NCBI GenBank assembly: GCA_009843785.1 | Contig: VYCT01000339.1 | Span: 4,228 to 68,227 of the forward strand | Source of the DNA: Candidatus Poribacteria bacterium | GTDB taxonomy: Bacteria; Poribacteria; WGA-4E; WGA-3G | Reading direction: 5' to 3' | Length of the DNA stretch: 64,000 nucleotides | Part shown: positions 19,911 through 31,199 of the stretch, piece by piece | Layout of the letters: every line of letters begins with the position of its first letter | How positions within the stretch are numbered: position 1 is the first letter of the stretch | Made by a program: the position numbers and the translations under genes | Notes under the pieces: model-generated | Database searches by the model: none | What the model saw: only the letters and a program-made list of their open reading frames with translations | What the model was told of the DNA's origin: nothing

Positions 19911-20849
19911 ATGCTAAAAAAAATCCAAGCCGTTTTCGTTTTCCTATTCGTCTTCAGCGGCAGTACGACCTTGATGGGAAATGAAACGGCGAAAACATAT
20001 TTTCCGGGGACGTTTGGCAGCTATTGGGTATATCAAGACCAAGATGGAAATGAATTGACACGCACTGTTGATGAAGGCGAAGAGATTGCTGGTGAAGTGT
20101 ATAACATTTTCATTTACGAACCTGAGATAGAAGATTGGGCAGATTGCGCTTATCACTTTCTGCCTTCCCTGTACAGTGTTAATGATGAAAGTATTACATG
20201 CCTCATCGGCGATGAGATAGGAAAAGTGACGAAGGCACGCCTTATCAAAGAGATGGAAACTTTCACCAAGATGGCGAAGAAATCTGTAGAGGACAACCCG
20301 CCACCCGATGCACCTAATCTCTCCTTTGATATCAATTATGATGTAGAGGTCAAGGCACAGGACCATTTCGTTCTGGTTCCAACCGCCACAACGCCAAACG
20401 AAAAGTGGGATACAACCGAGATAAAAGCGAAAGTCTCAATGCAGTATGACATCCAAGGTGTCCCCGCTGATTTTCTCGGAGCAGATGAGATTCCGAAAAT
20501 TATATTTGACTTTAACATTATTGAAACCGGTAAGATCCTCGGTACAGAAACCGTTGAGACACAGGCGGGTACCTTTGAGGACTGTTTGAAGATTGAATAC
20601 CGCACAGCAACCACAATGGAAGTGTCACCTCTCGAACAACATTCAACGAATGATCCACCTGGCGAATCTGTTACGATCCTCTGGCTCGCGCCTAACGTCG
20701 GGATCGTCAAGTTTCATCAAGAAGCAGAGGATATATTGCTGAAAACGATACCGGCACCTGAATTTCAGTCTTCAACTGCAGTCAAGACCTTTGAATTAAA
20801 GAAATATGAAATCAAATCCGAAGCGTCAGTCAGCAACGAAAGCGATTAA
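19911..20849 (+). CDS. Secreted hypothetical protein, tandem paralog A.
   Basis: Signal peptide. Shared motifs with the next two genes are [54 protein letters not shown] and a C-terminal ...YEIKS followed by an acidic tail. Confidence 0.55.
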   Translation: MLKKIQAVFVFLFVFSGSTTLMGNETAKTYFPGTFGSYWVYQDQDGNELTRTVDEGEEIAGEVYNIFIYEPEIEDWADCAYHFLPSLYSVNDESITCLIGDEIGKVTKARLIKEMETFTKMAKKSVEDNPPPDAPNLSFDINYDVEVKAQDHFVLVPTATTPNEKWDTTEIKAKVSMQYDIQGVPADFLGADEIPKIIFDFNIIETGKILGTETVETQAGTFEDCLKIEYRTATTMEVSPLEQHSTNDPPGESVTILWLAPNVGIVKFHQEAEDILLKTIPAPEFQSSTAVKTFELKKYEIKSEASVSNESD

Positions 20850-20915
20850 TCCTGACCTGTAAATCGCGATTCTCGGCGGTCTGTAAACTTCGCAAAATAG
20901 CAAAAGGAACCTTTC

Positions 20916-21815
20916 ATGTTAAAAAAAATGCGGTACGTTTTCGTTCTCTTATTCATTTTCGGTTTCAGCGCAACATTGATGGGAAATGAGTGGGCGAATT
21001 ACTATTTTCCAGATGCCGTCGACAGCTACTGGACCTATGAAGACCAAGACGGTGAAGAATTAACGCGCTACGCCATAGCACCCCAAGAGATTGATGGCGA
21101 AACCTATCGCGCTTTTAGTTATGACCCCGTCTTGGAGGACTGGACAAAATATCAGTATTATTTTCATCCCTATTTCTACCAAGTCAGTGACGACTGGGTG
21201 GCGTTCTTTGTCGGTGATGATATCGAAAATACGACACGGGCGGTCACAGAGAAGCACTGGAATGAGGCTATGGTCGTGATGAAACAACAGTTGAATAATC
21301 AACTGCCACCCGGCATGACTATTGACCTTAATGTAACATACGAACTTGATATAGAGGCACAAGACTATTTCTATGTTTTGCCAACGCCTGCGACGTTCAA
21401 TGAGGAGTGGGAGGCTTCGCGCGTTGATGTAGAAATGGATTTACAGATTGACATCACAAGCAACGTGGACGGTTTTCCACCAACAAGTCAGATGATCACA
21501 ATGTTCTTAACCCTTGTTGAAACTGCGAATGTAACGGGTACGGAGACGGTCGAGACAGCTGCCGGTACGTTTGAAGATTGCCTCATAATTGAGTATCAAA
21601 TCGATGCCTCAATAAGGACTGAACCGGATCTACCAGAAGTGAAAACTATGTTTCAGGATGTATATAAAGGGGCGTTGACAACGCTCTGGTTCGCTCCGAA
21701 TGTCGGCATTGTTAAAATGCTACAGGAATCCGAAAGTACCGACATCGTTAAAACCATTGAGCTAACGAACTATGAAATCAAATCTACTGAATCAGAAAGC
21801 AGTGAAAGTGATTAA
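20916..21815 (+). CDS. Secreted hypothetical protein, tandem paralog B.
   Basis: Same family as 19911..20849: signal peptide and conserved blocks. Confidence 0.55.
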   Translation: MLKKMRYVFVLLFIFGFSATLMGNEWANYYFPDAVDSYWTYEDQDGEELTRYAIAPQEIDGETYRAFSYDPVLEDWTKYQYYFHPYFYQVSDDWVAFFVGDDIENTTRAVTEKHWNEAMVVMKQQLNNQLPPGMTIDLNVTYELDIEAQDYFYVLPTPATFNEEWEASRVDVEMDLQIDITSNVDGFPPTSQMITMFLTLVETANVTGTETVETAAGTFEDCLIIEYQIDASIRTEPDLPEVKTMFQDVYKGALTTLWFAPNVGIVKMLQESESTDIVKTIELTNYEIKSTESESSESD

Positions 21816-21882
21816 TTCCGCTTTCTGAAGCGTCGCTTTCGGGAACTTGAAAGTTTACCGCGAGTCGCAAAAGGAATCTCTT

Positions 21883-22803
21883 ATGTTAAAAAAGATGCAG
21901 CCTGTTTTTGTCCTTTTACTCATTTTCGGTTTCAGCACGATGTCAGTGGGAAATGAATGGGCAAACTACTATTTTCCAAATGCAGTCGGCAGCTACTGGA
22001 CCTATGAAGACCAAGACGGGAACGAATTAACGCGCTACGCCATAGACCCTGAAGATATTGATGGCGAAACCTATCGCGCCTTCAGTTATGATCCTGCATT
22101 GGAGGATTGGGCGGACTTTGAGCATTACATTCACCCTTATTTTTATCAGATCGGGGACGATTGGGTCGCGTTCTTTGTCGGTACTGAAATTGAGAATGGG
22201 CTTAAAGCAAGCACGGCGCAAGAGATGGAAGAAGCACTTCCAATGCTACGGCAACAAATGCTCGGCGATGCCCCTGAAGGGGTCTCCCTTGACTTAAATT
22301 ACGATATTGAGGTGGTCTCAGCAGATTACTTCTATCTGCTACCGACCCCTGTTACCTACAATGAAGAGTGGACAGCACTGGAGTTAAATGTCGGCCTCAC
22401 CCTCACAATGGATATCCAAGGGGCACCTATGGAAATACCAGGCGGCGCACCGACTATCAAGACCCATAGCACCATCGTTGAGACTGGTGTCATCACTGGC
22501 ACAGAAACCGTTGAAACAGCTGCTGGCACCTTTGAGGACTGCTTGATCATTGAATACCAAACCGACGAAACGATTCAAGTATCTATATCTGTGCCTGGAG
22601 CGCCGCAGCAAGAACCGGAAGAACGAAAAGGGACGACCGTAACAACAATCTGGTTGGCACCTAACGTCGGGATCGTCAAATTCAGTCATGAGCATCCGGA
22701 GTCTGACGCAGCAAAGGAGGAGCTCGGATTGGAACCCGATGGAGAGAGTACCCACGAACTAACGAACTATGAGATCAAAGGTTCGCCTTCGGAGGATGAA
22801 TGA
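21883..22803 (+). CDS. Secreted hypothetical protein, tandem paralog C.
   Basis: The start MLKKMQPVF matches paralogs A and B. Same conserved blocks. The end overlaps the hemB start by 4 nt. Confidence 0.55.
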   Translation: MLKKMQPVFVLLLIFGFSTMSVGNEWANYYFPNAVGSYWTYEDQDGNELTRYAIDPEDIDGETYRAFSYDPALEDWADFEHYIHPYFYQIGDDWVAFFVGTEIENGLKASTAQEMEEALPMLRQQMLGDAPEGVSLDLNYDIEVVSADYFYLLPTPVTYNEEWTALELNVGLTLTMDIQGAPMEIPGGAPTIKTHSTIVETGVITGTETVETAAGTFEDCLIIEYQTDETIQVSISVPGAPQQEPEERKGTTVTTIWLAPNVGIVKFSHEHPESDAAKEELGLEPDGESTHELTNYEIKGSPSEDE

Positions 22804-23777
22804 GCACCTTCCCTGTCTATCGCCCGAGACGCCTGCGGGCAAATGAAAACCTGCGCCGACTCGTCCGCGAAACGGCACTCTCTGTCAACGACCTCATTTA
22901 TCCGATGTTCGTTGTTCATGGACATAATACGGCAACCGAAATTTCTGCAATGCCCGGATGCTACCAATACTCGGTTGATAGGCTCATCATCGCAGCCAAG
23001 GAACTGGCTGCACTCGGAATTCCCGGCACAATTCTGTTCGGCATTCCAGCAGCGAAAGATCCACTCGGCACTGAGGCTTATGCCGATGACGGTATCATTC
23101 AACTCGCAGTCCGAGCGATCAAAGATGCCGTGCCTGACCTGCTTGTGATGACAGATGTCTGTCTCTGTGAATACACCGATCATGGGCATTGTGGTGTCAT
23201 TGAAGATAACGAAGTGCAAAACGATCCGACGCTGGCACTGCTCGTTAAAGAGAGCCTCTCACACGCTCGGGCGGGTGCCGATGTCATTGCGCCATCGGAT
23301 ATGATGGACGGTCGCGTCGGCGCAATTCGAGAAGCATTAGACGAAAACGGGTATGAGAATATACCCATTATGGCATACGCCGCGAAATATGCATCCGCAT
23401 TTTACGGACCCTTTCGCGAAGCCGCGGAATCCGCTCCACAATTTGGGGACCGCCGCGCCTATCAGATGGACCCAGCGAATGCAGAGGAAGCACTACGGGA
23501 AGTCGCATTGGATATTCAGGAGGGCGCGGACATTCTTATGGTGAAACCCGCGCTCTCTTATTTGGATGTTATCCATCAGGTCAAAACAGAATTTCAGGTG
23601 CCTGTTGCTGCCTATAACGTCAGTGGAGAATATGCTATGGTGAAAGCAGCAGCACAGAACGGTTGGATTGACGAGGAGCGAGTCGCATTGGAACTTTTAA
23701 CGAGCATCAAGCGCGCCGGCGCAGATATGATTTTAACCTATTTTGCTAAGTCGGTTGTGGAATGGCTCAACAATTAG
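22800..23777 (+). CDS. hemB: Porphobilinogen synthase (delta-aminolevulinate dehydratase).
   Basis: The N-terminus YRPRRLR...[17 protein letters not shown] and the Zn-site [14 protein letters not shown] are both present. The active-site lysine region MVKPAL is present. The length is 325 aa. Confidence 0.9.
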   Translation: MSTFPVYRPRRLRANENLRRLVRETALSVNDLIYPMFVVHGHNTATEISAMPGCYQYSVDRLIIAAKELAALGIPGTILFGIPAAKDPLGTEAYADDGIIQLAVRAIKDAVPDLLVMTDVCLCEYTDHGHCGVIEDNEVQNDPTLALLVKESLSHARAGADVIAPSDMMDGRVGAIREALDENGYENIPIMAYAAKYASAFYGPFREAAESAPQFGDRRAYQMDPANAEEALREVALDIQEGADILMVKPALSYLDVIHQVKTEFQVPVAAYNVSGEYAMVKAAAQNGWIDEERVALELLTSIKRAGADMILTYFAKSVVEWLNN

Positions 23778-24041
23778 GAATCATAGTTGATCATCCGTTA
23801 TGCGTCTTTAGTTATGCAAAGAACGCAATAAAGAGATGTGGTTTCTTGAGTCCTATAGGGACGGTCTATTTATAGATACGTGTGTCCCGCTCATCTTCAG
23901 TCCTGTCAGAGCGGCATGTTTATAGATGCTCATGTAACTTCACCAAAAACCCGTTTTTGACAGGGGTCCCCACCCGTTACTGGGAAGGGGCGGAAAAAAC
24001 GGAGCAGAAACCTAATAGTTAAAAAAATTGGAGGGAACGCT

Positions 24042-25328
24042 TTGGAGAGCAGTAAATCCTTAGCCGCATGGCAAAAATCACAACAATTTATCCCCGGTGG
24101 GGTCAACAGCCCTGTCCGAAATTTCAGCAAAGTCGGCGGGCATCCCCGTTTTATCGCACGTGGCGAAGGTTCAAAAATATACGATATCGATGGAAACGCA
24201 TATATTGACTATGTTGCTTCTTGGGGGCCCTTAGTTTTAGGGCATGCGCATCCGAACATTGCGGAGGCTATCAGTGCAGCAGCGTTGAACGGCACCAGCT
24301 TTGGCGCGCCAACGACCTTAGAAACAGAACTCGCCGAAACCATTGTCAACGCTGTGCCTTCGATTGAAAAGGTGCGTCTCGTCAATTCCGGGACCGAAGC
24401 CACAATGAGCGCGATCCGCCTCGCACGCGGGTATACCGGTCGCGATAAAATCCTCAAAATTGACGGATGCTATCACGGTCATGTGGACTATCTCCTGGCA
24501 AAAGCCGGTTCTGGAGTCGCAACGTTTGGACTTTCTGATAGCGGCGGCGTGCCGGAAGATTTCGCACGCAATACGCTCACTGTCCCCTTTAACAATCCCG
24601 ACGCTGTCCGCGAAGCAGTAGAAGCCAATCCAGACGAAATCGCCTGTCTCATTCTCGAACCGATTATGGGCAATATGGGTATCATCCCACCGCATGACGG
24701 ATACCTCAATCAACTCCGTCAGATCACCGAAGAGCACGGTATTGTACTCATCTTCGACGAGGTTATCACTGGCTTTCGGGTGGCTTATGGCGGCGCCCAA
24801 ACTTACTATAACGTCACACCTGATATGACCTGTTTAGGGAAGATTATCGGTGGCGGTTTGCCCGTTGGGGCATACGGCGGAAAACGGGACATCATGCAGT
24901 GTGTTGCTCCAGAAGGCGATGTCTATCAGGCAGGGACCTTGTCCGGCAATCCGTTAGCCGTTACCGCGGGTATAACAACGCTCAAAAGGCTTGCTGAACC
25001 GGGCACTTATGAACAACTTGAGACGCGGGCTGCAGCGCTTGCAGAAGGACTCGCTGAAGCAACCCAAAAACACGATATTGATGCTTGGCATAGCCGCGTC
25101 GGTTCGATGCTGATGTTCTACTTCACACCGGAGACCGTTACGGATGCTGATGGCGCACGCACAGCGGATACCGAACGTTTTGCACACTACTTCTGGGGAC
25201 TCGTACAACGCGGGGTCTATGTCGCACCCTCCCAATTCGAGGCGGGGTTCGTCTCTTTAGTCCATTCTGAAGACGATATCAACAAAACCGTTCAAGCCGC
25301 AACACAGGTATTGGCGGATCTCGTTTAG
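24042..25328 (+). CDS. hemL: Glutamate-1-semialdehyde 2,1-aminomutase.
   Basis: The HemL signature S..L...A...[32 protein letters not shown] is present, with class-III aminotransferase features. Confidence 0.9.
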   Translation: MESSKSLAAWQKSQQFIPGGVNSPVRNFSKVGGHPRFIARGEGSKIYDIDGNAYIDYVASWGPLVLGHAHPNIAEAISAAALNGTSFGAPTTLETELAETIVNAVPSIEKVRLVNSGTEATMSAIRLARGYTGRDKILKIDGCYHGHVDYLLAKAGSGVATFGLSDSGGVPEDFARNTLTVPFNNPDAVREAVEANPDEIACLILEPIMGNMGIIPPHDGYLNQLRQITEEHGIVLIFDEVITGFRVAYGGAQTYYNVTPDMTCLGKIIGGGLPVGAYGGKRDIMQCVAPEGDVYQAGTLSGNPLAVTAGITTLKRLAEPGTYEQLETRAAALAEGLAEATQKHDIDAWHSRVGSMLMFYFTPETVTDADGARTADTERFAHYFWGLVQRGVYVAPSQFEAGFVSLVHSEDDINKTVQAATQVLADLV

Positions 25329-25453
25329 GAGTTGTCAGTGGTCAGTTCGGTTTTTCTACGAAAAACCTTCAGTTTTCAGTGGTTACCAGTTACCAGATGT
25401 GTCCTTTCTGGCAACTGGACACTGGCAACTTCTTTACTGATAACTATTACATT

Positions 25454-26437
25454 ATGTCCAGTTTTGATCAAATCGTTGAATTAATTGCCGATGATCTCAG
25501 TGCTATTGAGGTGAAACTCACGGAACACACCGCCAGCGAGTATAGTTTCGTCGATATGGCAGTCCAGCATGTTGTAGAAGGCGGTGGCAAACGGCTCCGT
25601 CCTATCCTTGTTGTGCTTTCTGCCAAAGTCTGCGGATATGAAGGGAACGATGCGCACACGCTTGCCGCTGTCGTTGAACTCATCCATGTCGCATCGCTTG
25701 TTCATGACGATGTGCTTGATGAAGCCGCGATCCGGCGTGGACGTGAGACGTTACAGACGAAATGGGGCAATAAAGTCGCTGTCCTCGTCGGAGATTATCT
25801 CCATGCGCGTGTGCTCTCTATGCTCGTCTCCCGCCGTGCCGACGATCCCGCGATGGCGATCCTCGCCGATACCACGCAGGCAATGTGCGAAGGTGAAGTT
25901 ATCCATGCATATAAGAGCGGTGATTTTGACATCTCCGAAGCCGAGTACCTCAAAATCATCAGTTTCAAGACCGGTAAATTGATCGCTGCGTCCTGCACCC
26001 TCGGCGCACACCTCCGAAACCCAACAGACACACAGCAGGTTGAGGCACTCACAATCTACGGACAGCATATTGGGACGGCTTTCCAAATTGTCGATGATGT
26101 GCTTGATTTCACAGAGGATGCTGATAAATTAGGAAAAAACACATTCGGCGACCTCCGTGAAGGAAAACTCACTTTTCCAATCATTTATGCCCGAACGGTT
26201 TGTGATGATGATGAAAAGCAGATGTTGGAAAAAGTCCTGAATCCTAACACCGACGAAGCCGAGGCGATCGCCTTTGTTGAAGCTCTGTTCCAACGGTATG
26301 GTGTCGAGACGCACTGTTTGAAGGTTGCCCAAGACTATGCCGACCGTGCTAAGGCAGCATTGACAGACTTACCAGAGACACCTGCCCGCGTCGCACTCGA
26401 ACAACTCGCAGACTACGTCGTCTCACGCGAATCATGA
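25454..26437 (+). CDS. trans-Polyprenyl diphosphate synthase (IspB/HepT-like).
   Basis: Two DDxxD motifs are present: LVHDDVLDEA with RRG following, and FQIVDDVLDF. The GDL and KLGKN blocks are also present. Confidence 0.75.
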   Translation: MSSFDQIVELIADDLSAIEVKLTEHTASEYSFVDMAVQHVVEGGGKRLRPILVVLSAKVCGYEGNDAHTLAAVVELIHVASLVHDDVLDEAAIRRGRETLQTKWGNKVAVLVGDYLHARVLSMLVSRRADDPAMAILADTTQAMCEGEVIHAYKSGDFDISEAEYLKIISFKTGKLIAASCTLGAHLRNPTDTQQVEALTIYGQHIGTAFQIVDDVLDFTEDADKLGKNTFGDLREGKLTFPIIYARTVCDDDEKQMLEKVLNPNTDEAEAIAFVEALFQRYGVETHCLKVAQDYADRAKAALTDLPETPARVALEQLADYVVSRES

Positions 26438-26591
26438 GGATGGCTATTAGTTTTAATCAAGAACGCGATTTCCGATATTTAAAAATATGCGCGTGTTCTT
26501 GGTTAAAGAAACCAGCGGCTGTCGGTTAAAGAGATTTTGATTAATCAGACCCCCTCTTAACTGACAACTGAAAACTGATAACTATAATAAA

Positions 26592-27779
26592 ATGTTTTAT
26601 CCTGTGCACGTAAACCTTCAAAACTGGAAATGCCTTGTCGTAGGGGGCGGGACCGTTGCTGAGCGTAAAGTTGTCGCTATGCTCATCAGCGGTGGTGATG
26701 TTACTGTGATTAGTCCTGATGCAACCGAATTGCTAACCTACCTCGCACAGAGCGGCACGATTCGCTGGCACAAACGGCAATTGAAAGCAAGTGACACGCA
26801 CGGCTATTTTCTCGTCTGTGCCGCCACTGATTTCACGGATATTAATACGGCTGTTTTTGAGGAAGCATACGAGGAACACAAAATTCGTTTAGTTAACGTC
26901 GTTGACGTTATCCCACAATGCACCTTCGCCGCCGCCTCTGTTGTAACGGATGGCGAGTTAATGCTCAGTATATCCACGAGTGGTAAAAGCCCCGCGACGA
27001 GTCGCCGCATCCGCGAATATTTTGAAGAGGTCTTACATACTTCTTCCTTATACACACTCGGATATGAAGATGGAGTGCCGGTGACAATTGAGAATCAAGG
27101 GCTGCCTTATCCCGTCTATCTGTTATTAGAAGGTCGTCTCTGTATTGTCTTATGTGAAGAAAGAACACCAGAAATTAAACGTCGTATCTCATTGTTAGAT
27201 CAGTGTGGTGCGTCTGTGTTATGTTCGACACCCGACGAAATGAAACCGCAGCACCTTGAAGATGCGTTCCTTGTGATCGCAGACAACCCCGCCGTTGTAA
27301 ATACATCTTGTGGGAGTGATACCGCGTTCATTCGTGAATATCTTGAGGAACCGAGTGTTGGCACCCACTTCACCCCTGATCTCGTGATAGATGACAATCT
27401 GATAATTAGCGTATCGGCGCGGAGCAGCGCGGGCATTGGCAAGGTGGAACGCCTGCTTAAAAGGCTCTCAAACCAGTTTGAAAACAACGGCTACGGCGCA
27501 TTTATCGAGTTCCTTGGGACGCGTCGTTCTGAGATTCTCAAGGCTTTTCCAACGCCTAAGAAACGCGCCAACTTCTTTGAAGTGCTTATCGACACCGTAG
27601 AAGATTCGATATCGGGGTTACAAACCCCTCCTACAACATGCTGTCTCGGTCTCACAAACCCTAAGTGTTCTGCTGAATGCCTTTTCAACTGGGTTCGGCA
27701 CGGCAATTTGGAACGCGCCGATACCGTTACAAGAAACCTATTGGAGCTGCATAGCGGCGATAGAATGGGCGCCCAATAG
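26592..27779 (+). CDS. SirC/CysG-N-like precorrin-2 dehydrogenase / sirohydrochlorin ferrochelatase, with a degenerate second copy of the domain.
   Basis: The N-terminus FYPVHVNLQNWKCLVVGGGTVAERK...GGDVTVISPD is the siroheme-synthase Rossmann fold. The second half (LPYPVYLLLEGRLCIVLCEE...) resembles the first but lacks GGG. It sits in the heme cluster. Confidence 0.6.
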   Translation: MFYPVHVNLQNWKCLVVGGGTVAERKVVAMLISGGDVTVISPDATELLTYLAQSGTIRWHKRQLKASDTHGYFLVCAATDFTDINTAVFEEAYEEHKIRLVNVVDVIPQCTFAAASVVTDGELMLSISTSGKSPATSRRIREYFEEVLHTSSLYTLGYEDGVPVTIENQGLPYPVYLLLEGRLCIVLCEERTPEIKRRISLLDQCGASVLCSTPDEMKPQHLEDAFLVIADNPAVVNTSCGSDTAFIREYLEEPSVGTHFTPDLVIDDNLIISVSARSSAGIGKVERLLKRLSNQFENNGYGAFIEFLGTRRSEILKAFPTPKKRANFFEVLIDTVEDSISGLQTPPTTCCLGLTNPKCSAECLFNWVRHGNLERADTVTRNLLELHSGDRMGAQ

Positions 27780-27907
27780 ACGCACCGCTGGTGAGATTAG
27801 CAAACCTCCCCAGCAATGTCCAGAACAGTTTAATCGAATCGAAAACCGGTTGTGGTTCTCACTGCGAAGCAGGACAAAACCGAGCGGAAACCTCCATATT
27901 TAAAAAT

Positions 27908-28750
27908 ATGATCAATTTTCTCTTTCTTCTTACACTTCTCATATACTTAGCAGCAAGCATTTTTCAGACGCTCTCGCTGGCTATCAGTAACCGGAGCGAA
28001 GCCGCTATCCTCCGTCCAACGATTGAGCGAATCGCTTTTTGGGGAACCAGTATCGGTTTCGCTTTTCTGAGCCTCTTTATTGCCTTATGGTGGTTAACAC
28101 AAGGGCATTTTCCGATGACGCACTGGACCGATTCCACAGCCTTCTTTGCTTGGGCTATCACACTCATCTATCTCATCATCGTGCGTCTGACGCATCTCCG
28201 CACACTCGGCAGTTTTGTGATGCCTGTTGCGTTTATTGCTATACTTATCTCGTATAGTTTCGCCACACACACGGCTGCGCTCCCAGAACCGTTGCAAAAC
28301 TATTGGCTACTGGCACACACCGCCCTCATTTTCCTTGGCTACGCCGCGTTCATCGCTGCCTTTGGGTTTGGATTGATGTATTTGATAGCCGAGCGGAAAA
28401 TCCGCAAAAAAACGGACACACTTCTTGACAATCTCCTCCCTTCTCTCGGTGTTTCTGATGAACTTGGGTACCGTTGCACGATTCTCGGCGTGATTCTGCT
28501 CACAATGGGGGTCATTGTCGGGAGCCTCTGGACCCAGTATATCCGGGATGTCCCGTGGAGATGGCTTGATGCGAAAGTAATTTCCACCCTCATGACATGG
28601 TTTATCTATGTGCTCCAGATCGGGCTTCGTCAATTCTGGGGGTGGCACGGACGAAGAGCGGCGTACGCTGCAATTCTGGGTTTCGTTGCTGTCCTCTGCA
28701 CTTACGTCGGCGTGGACCTCTTTTTGGACAGCATGCATACGTATCGCTGA
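27908..28750 (+). CDS. Cytochrome c assembly protein family member (CcsA/HemX-like polytopic membrane protein).
   Basis: Eight predicted transmembrane segments. W-rich and WLAHTALIFLGYAAF motifs. The position immediately upstream of hemA recalls Bacillus hemX. Confidence 0.6.
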   Translation: MINFLFLLTLLIYLAASIFQTLSLAISNRSEAAILRPTIERIAFWGTSIGFAFLSLFIALWWLTQGHFPMTHWTDSTAFFAWAITLIYLIIVRLTHLRTLGSFVMPVAFIAILISYSFATHTAALPEPLQNYWLLAHTALIFLGYAAFIAAFGFGLMYLIAERKIRKKTDTLLDNLLPSLGVSDELGYRCTILGVILLTMGVIVGSLWTQYIRDVPWRWLDAKVISTLMTWFIYVLQIGLRQFWGWHGRRAAYAAILGFVAVLCTYVGVDLFLDSMHTYR

Positions 28751-28879
28751 TTTTCTGAGGTAGCAGCCGTTTTGAATCGCGACTGCGCAACTTCCAAATT
28801 TGACACAATAGCGGATATGTGATATAATTTACGAAACGTGTCAACAACATTTCAGTTTTTAGATCTTTTGGTTAGAGGA

Positions 28880-30181
28880 ATGAACCAGATCGTCTCCATC
28901 GGAACGAGCCATCATGTCGCCCCGATTGAATTCAGGGAAAAACTGGCGTTTTCCGAAGCACAACTTACTGAATCGCTCCAGCACCTTCGTGAATCTTATC
29001 AGATTCACGAGGCAGTAATTCTCTCTACCTGTAACCGGGTAGAAGTCTACGCTGTTGTGAATTCAGTGCGAACGGCTGATGCTGCCGCCAAAATGTTGGT
29101 TGAGTTCCTTTCCCACTACCACTATATTGGGGTGGAGCCCCTGAAAAAATGGACGTATCTCCATCATAACTTGGAGACAATCCAACACCTTTTCAGAGTA
29201 ACAGCGAGCCTTGATTCTATGGTGGTCGGTGAATCCCAAATATTGGGACAGGTCAAGACCGCTTACGATACCTCGCGGGAAGCCGGTGGTGGCGGCTCAA
29301 TTCTCAATCGTCTTTTTACCAAGGCTTTCAGTGTGGGTAAACGGATCCGCTCCGAGACAACTATCGCCACTGGTGCTGTTTCTATTAGTTACGCCGCCGT
29401 TGAACTCGCCAAAAAGATTTTTAATACACTTCAAGGCAAGACTGTTGCGATTCTCGGGGCAGGTGAAATGAGTGAACTGACCGCAAAGCATCTCGTTTCA
29501 AATGGTGTTTCTAATGTGATTGTTGCAAATCGCACATACGAACGTGCTGTCAAAGTTGCAGACAAGTTTAACGGTACACCCATCGCTTATGATAGCAACC
29601 TCGATTTCCTTATTGATGCCGACATTGTTATTAGTTCTACCGATGCCCCCGATTATCTTATCAAACGACAGCCCCTCGCTCATATCATGCGGAAACGCAA
29701 GCACCGGTATATGTTTCTCATTGACATCGCTGTACCACGCGATATAGACCCCGATGTGAGTAAGATTGATCACGCCTTCCTTTACAATATTGACGACCTT
29801 GAAGCCGTTGTCGCCTCCAACCTCAAGGATCGGCAGCAAGAAGCAAACCGGGCAGAGCAGATCGTCGCCGAAGAAGCGAAGCGGTTCTACGACCAATTGC
29901 AAATCTTTCAGGTCAACCCTACTATTAAAGCACTCCATCAGCAGTTTCGAGAGATCGCTGACACTGAATTGCAAGCGTGTTTCTATAAAACAACACTTTC
30001 GGATCAAGAGGAAGCGGCTGTCGCTTCGATGACGCAAGCGATTGTCAAAAAACTGCTCCACCATCCCATGCAAAATCTACGCTGTGCTGTCAACGATGGA
30101 GATGCCGACCACGGGCAGTACATCCAAGCTTTGCAGGAATTGTTCGCCTTGGATGTTAACGATGATAACTCAGATGTGTAA
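28880..30181 (+). CDS. hemA: Glutamyl-tRNA reductase.
   Basis: Active-site motif STCNRVEVY. A SLDSMVVGE.QILGQVK block. NADPH-binding GAGEMSE.TAKHL. Confidence 0.9.
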   Translation: MNQIVSIGTSHHVAPIEFREKLAFSEAQLTESLQHLRESYQIHEAVILSTCNRVEVYAVVNSVRTADAAAKMLVEFLSHYHYIGVEPLKKWTYLHHNLETIQHLFRVTASLDSMVVGESQILGQVKTAYDTSREAGGGGSILNRLFTKAFSVGKRIRSETTIATGAVSISYAAVELAKKIFNTLQGKTVAILGAGEMSELTAKHLVSNGVSNVIVANRTYERAVKVADKFNGTPIAYDSNLDFLIDADIVISSTDAPDYLIKRQPLAHIMRKRKHRYMFLIDIAVPRDIDPDVSKIDHAFLYNIDDLEAVVASNLKDRQQEANRAEQIVAEEAKRFYDQLQIFQVNPTIKALHQQFREIADTELQACFYKTTLSDQEEAAVASMTQAIVKKLLHHPMQNLRCAVNDGDADHGQYIQALQELFALDVNDDNSDV

Positions 30182-30284
30182 GGTGAATCCCGTCAAGAGC
30201 AACATAACTTCACGCAAACCCCGTTTTGATAAGGTTCCCCACCCGTTACTGGGAAGCGGAGAAAAAACCGAGCGGAACCCCGAT

Positions 30285-31199
30285 ATTTATAGTAAAGCTT
30301 TTAATTAATTATACACTTTTATAATTTCATCAATAGATTTTTCAGCGTTGTATTGACGTATCCGCTTAATGTTGGCGAAATCTTTCTCAATGGGATTCAA
30401 CTCCGGTGAGTAAGGTGGTAAAAACAATAAACTCGCACCGCAGGTCTCGATCAAGGCTGCTGTCTGTGAACCTTTGTGGAAAGAGGCATTATCCATAATT
30501 ACAACGTGGTTGTCATCAAGCATAGGACACAACATCTTTGAAAGCCATGTGTTGAACGCAATCGCATCGCAACTGCCTTCAAAAAGCACAGGTGCCGTGA
30601 AACACCCCTCAAGGCGTGCAGCAATCAAGGTCGTCTGCCTATAGTGATTACTTGGCACTTTATCTTCAACACAGACGCCTTTGGGCGCATAAGCATACCG
30701 ACGGAAATCCGTTGCGGTGAAACCACTCTCATCAATATAAACAGGCTTTTTACCATGCTTTTGCGTTTCTTGGTGAAGTGCTGCGAGATACTCTTGCCGC
30801 TTTACCGGACACTGTTCTTTGTAAGTTTGCGTTTTTTTTTTCGCGTGATATTGAGTTTGGATAGGGCATAAAAGATGCAGTATGTAGAAACCCCGAAGTG
30901 TTTGGCACGTTCGGCGAGAGGGCTATCCGGAAAATCGGAGACGTGTTGCTCAAGGGCATCGTAATCAATGTGTCGGGGACCCTTGGGACCCGGTTTCTGA
31001 AGGGCAAAAGGGTCTTCAGCTTCTAACCAATTATAGATCGTCCTTCTTGAGACACAAAAGATCCGTTCAGCGGCGGCTTTACTACCACCGTCATTGATGA
31101 AATCAAGAACGCGTTTGCGTAAATCTGTTGAGTATGCCATAATCATAAACAATAACATAAATCTCATAAAATGTAAACTTATTTTCATAATCTACTATA
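30285..31199 (-). mobile_element. IS630/Tc1-mariner family insertion sequence with a frameshifted transposase.
   Basis: ORF 30802..31137 (-) encodes the HTH N-terminus (MAYSTDLRKRVLDFI...TIYNW). ORF 30305..30658 (-) encodes the DDE C-terminus (VVIMDNASFHK...LPPYSPELNPIE). They are separated by an out-of-frame segment containing an A10/T10 run at 30831-30840. Imperfect terminal inverted repeats TATAGTA...ACA(C/T)TTTTAT sit at both ends and are flanked by TA. Confidence 0.7.
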
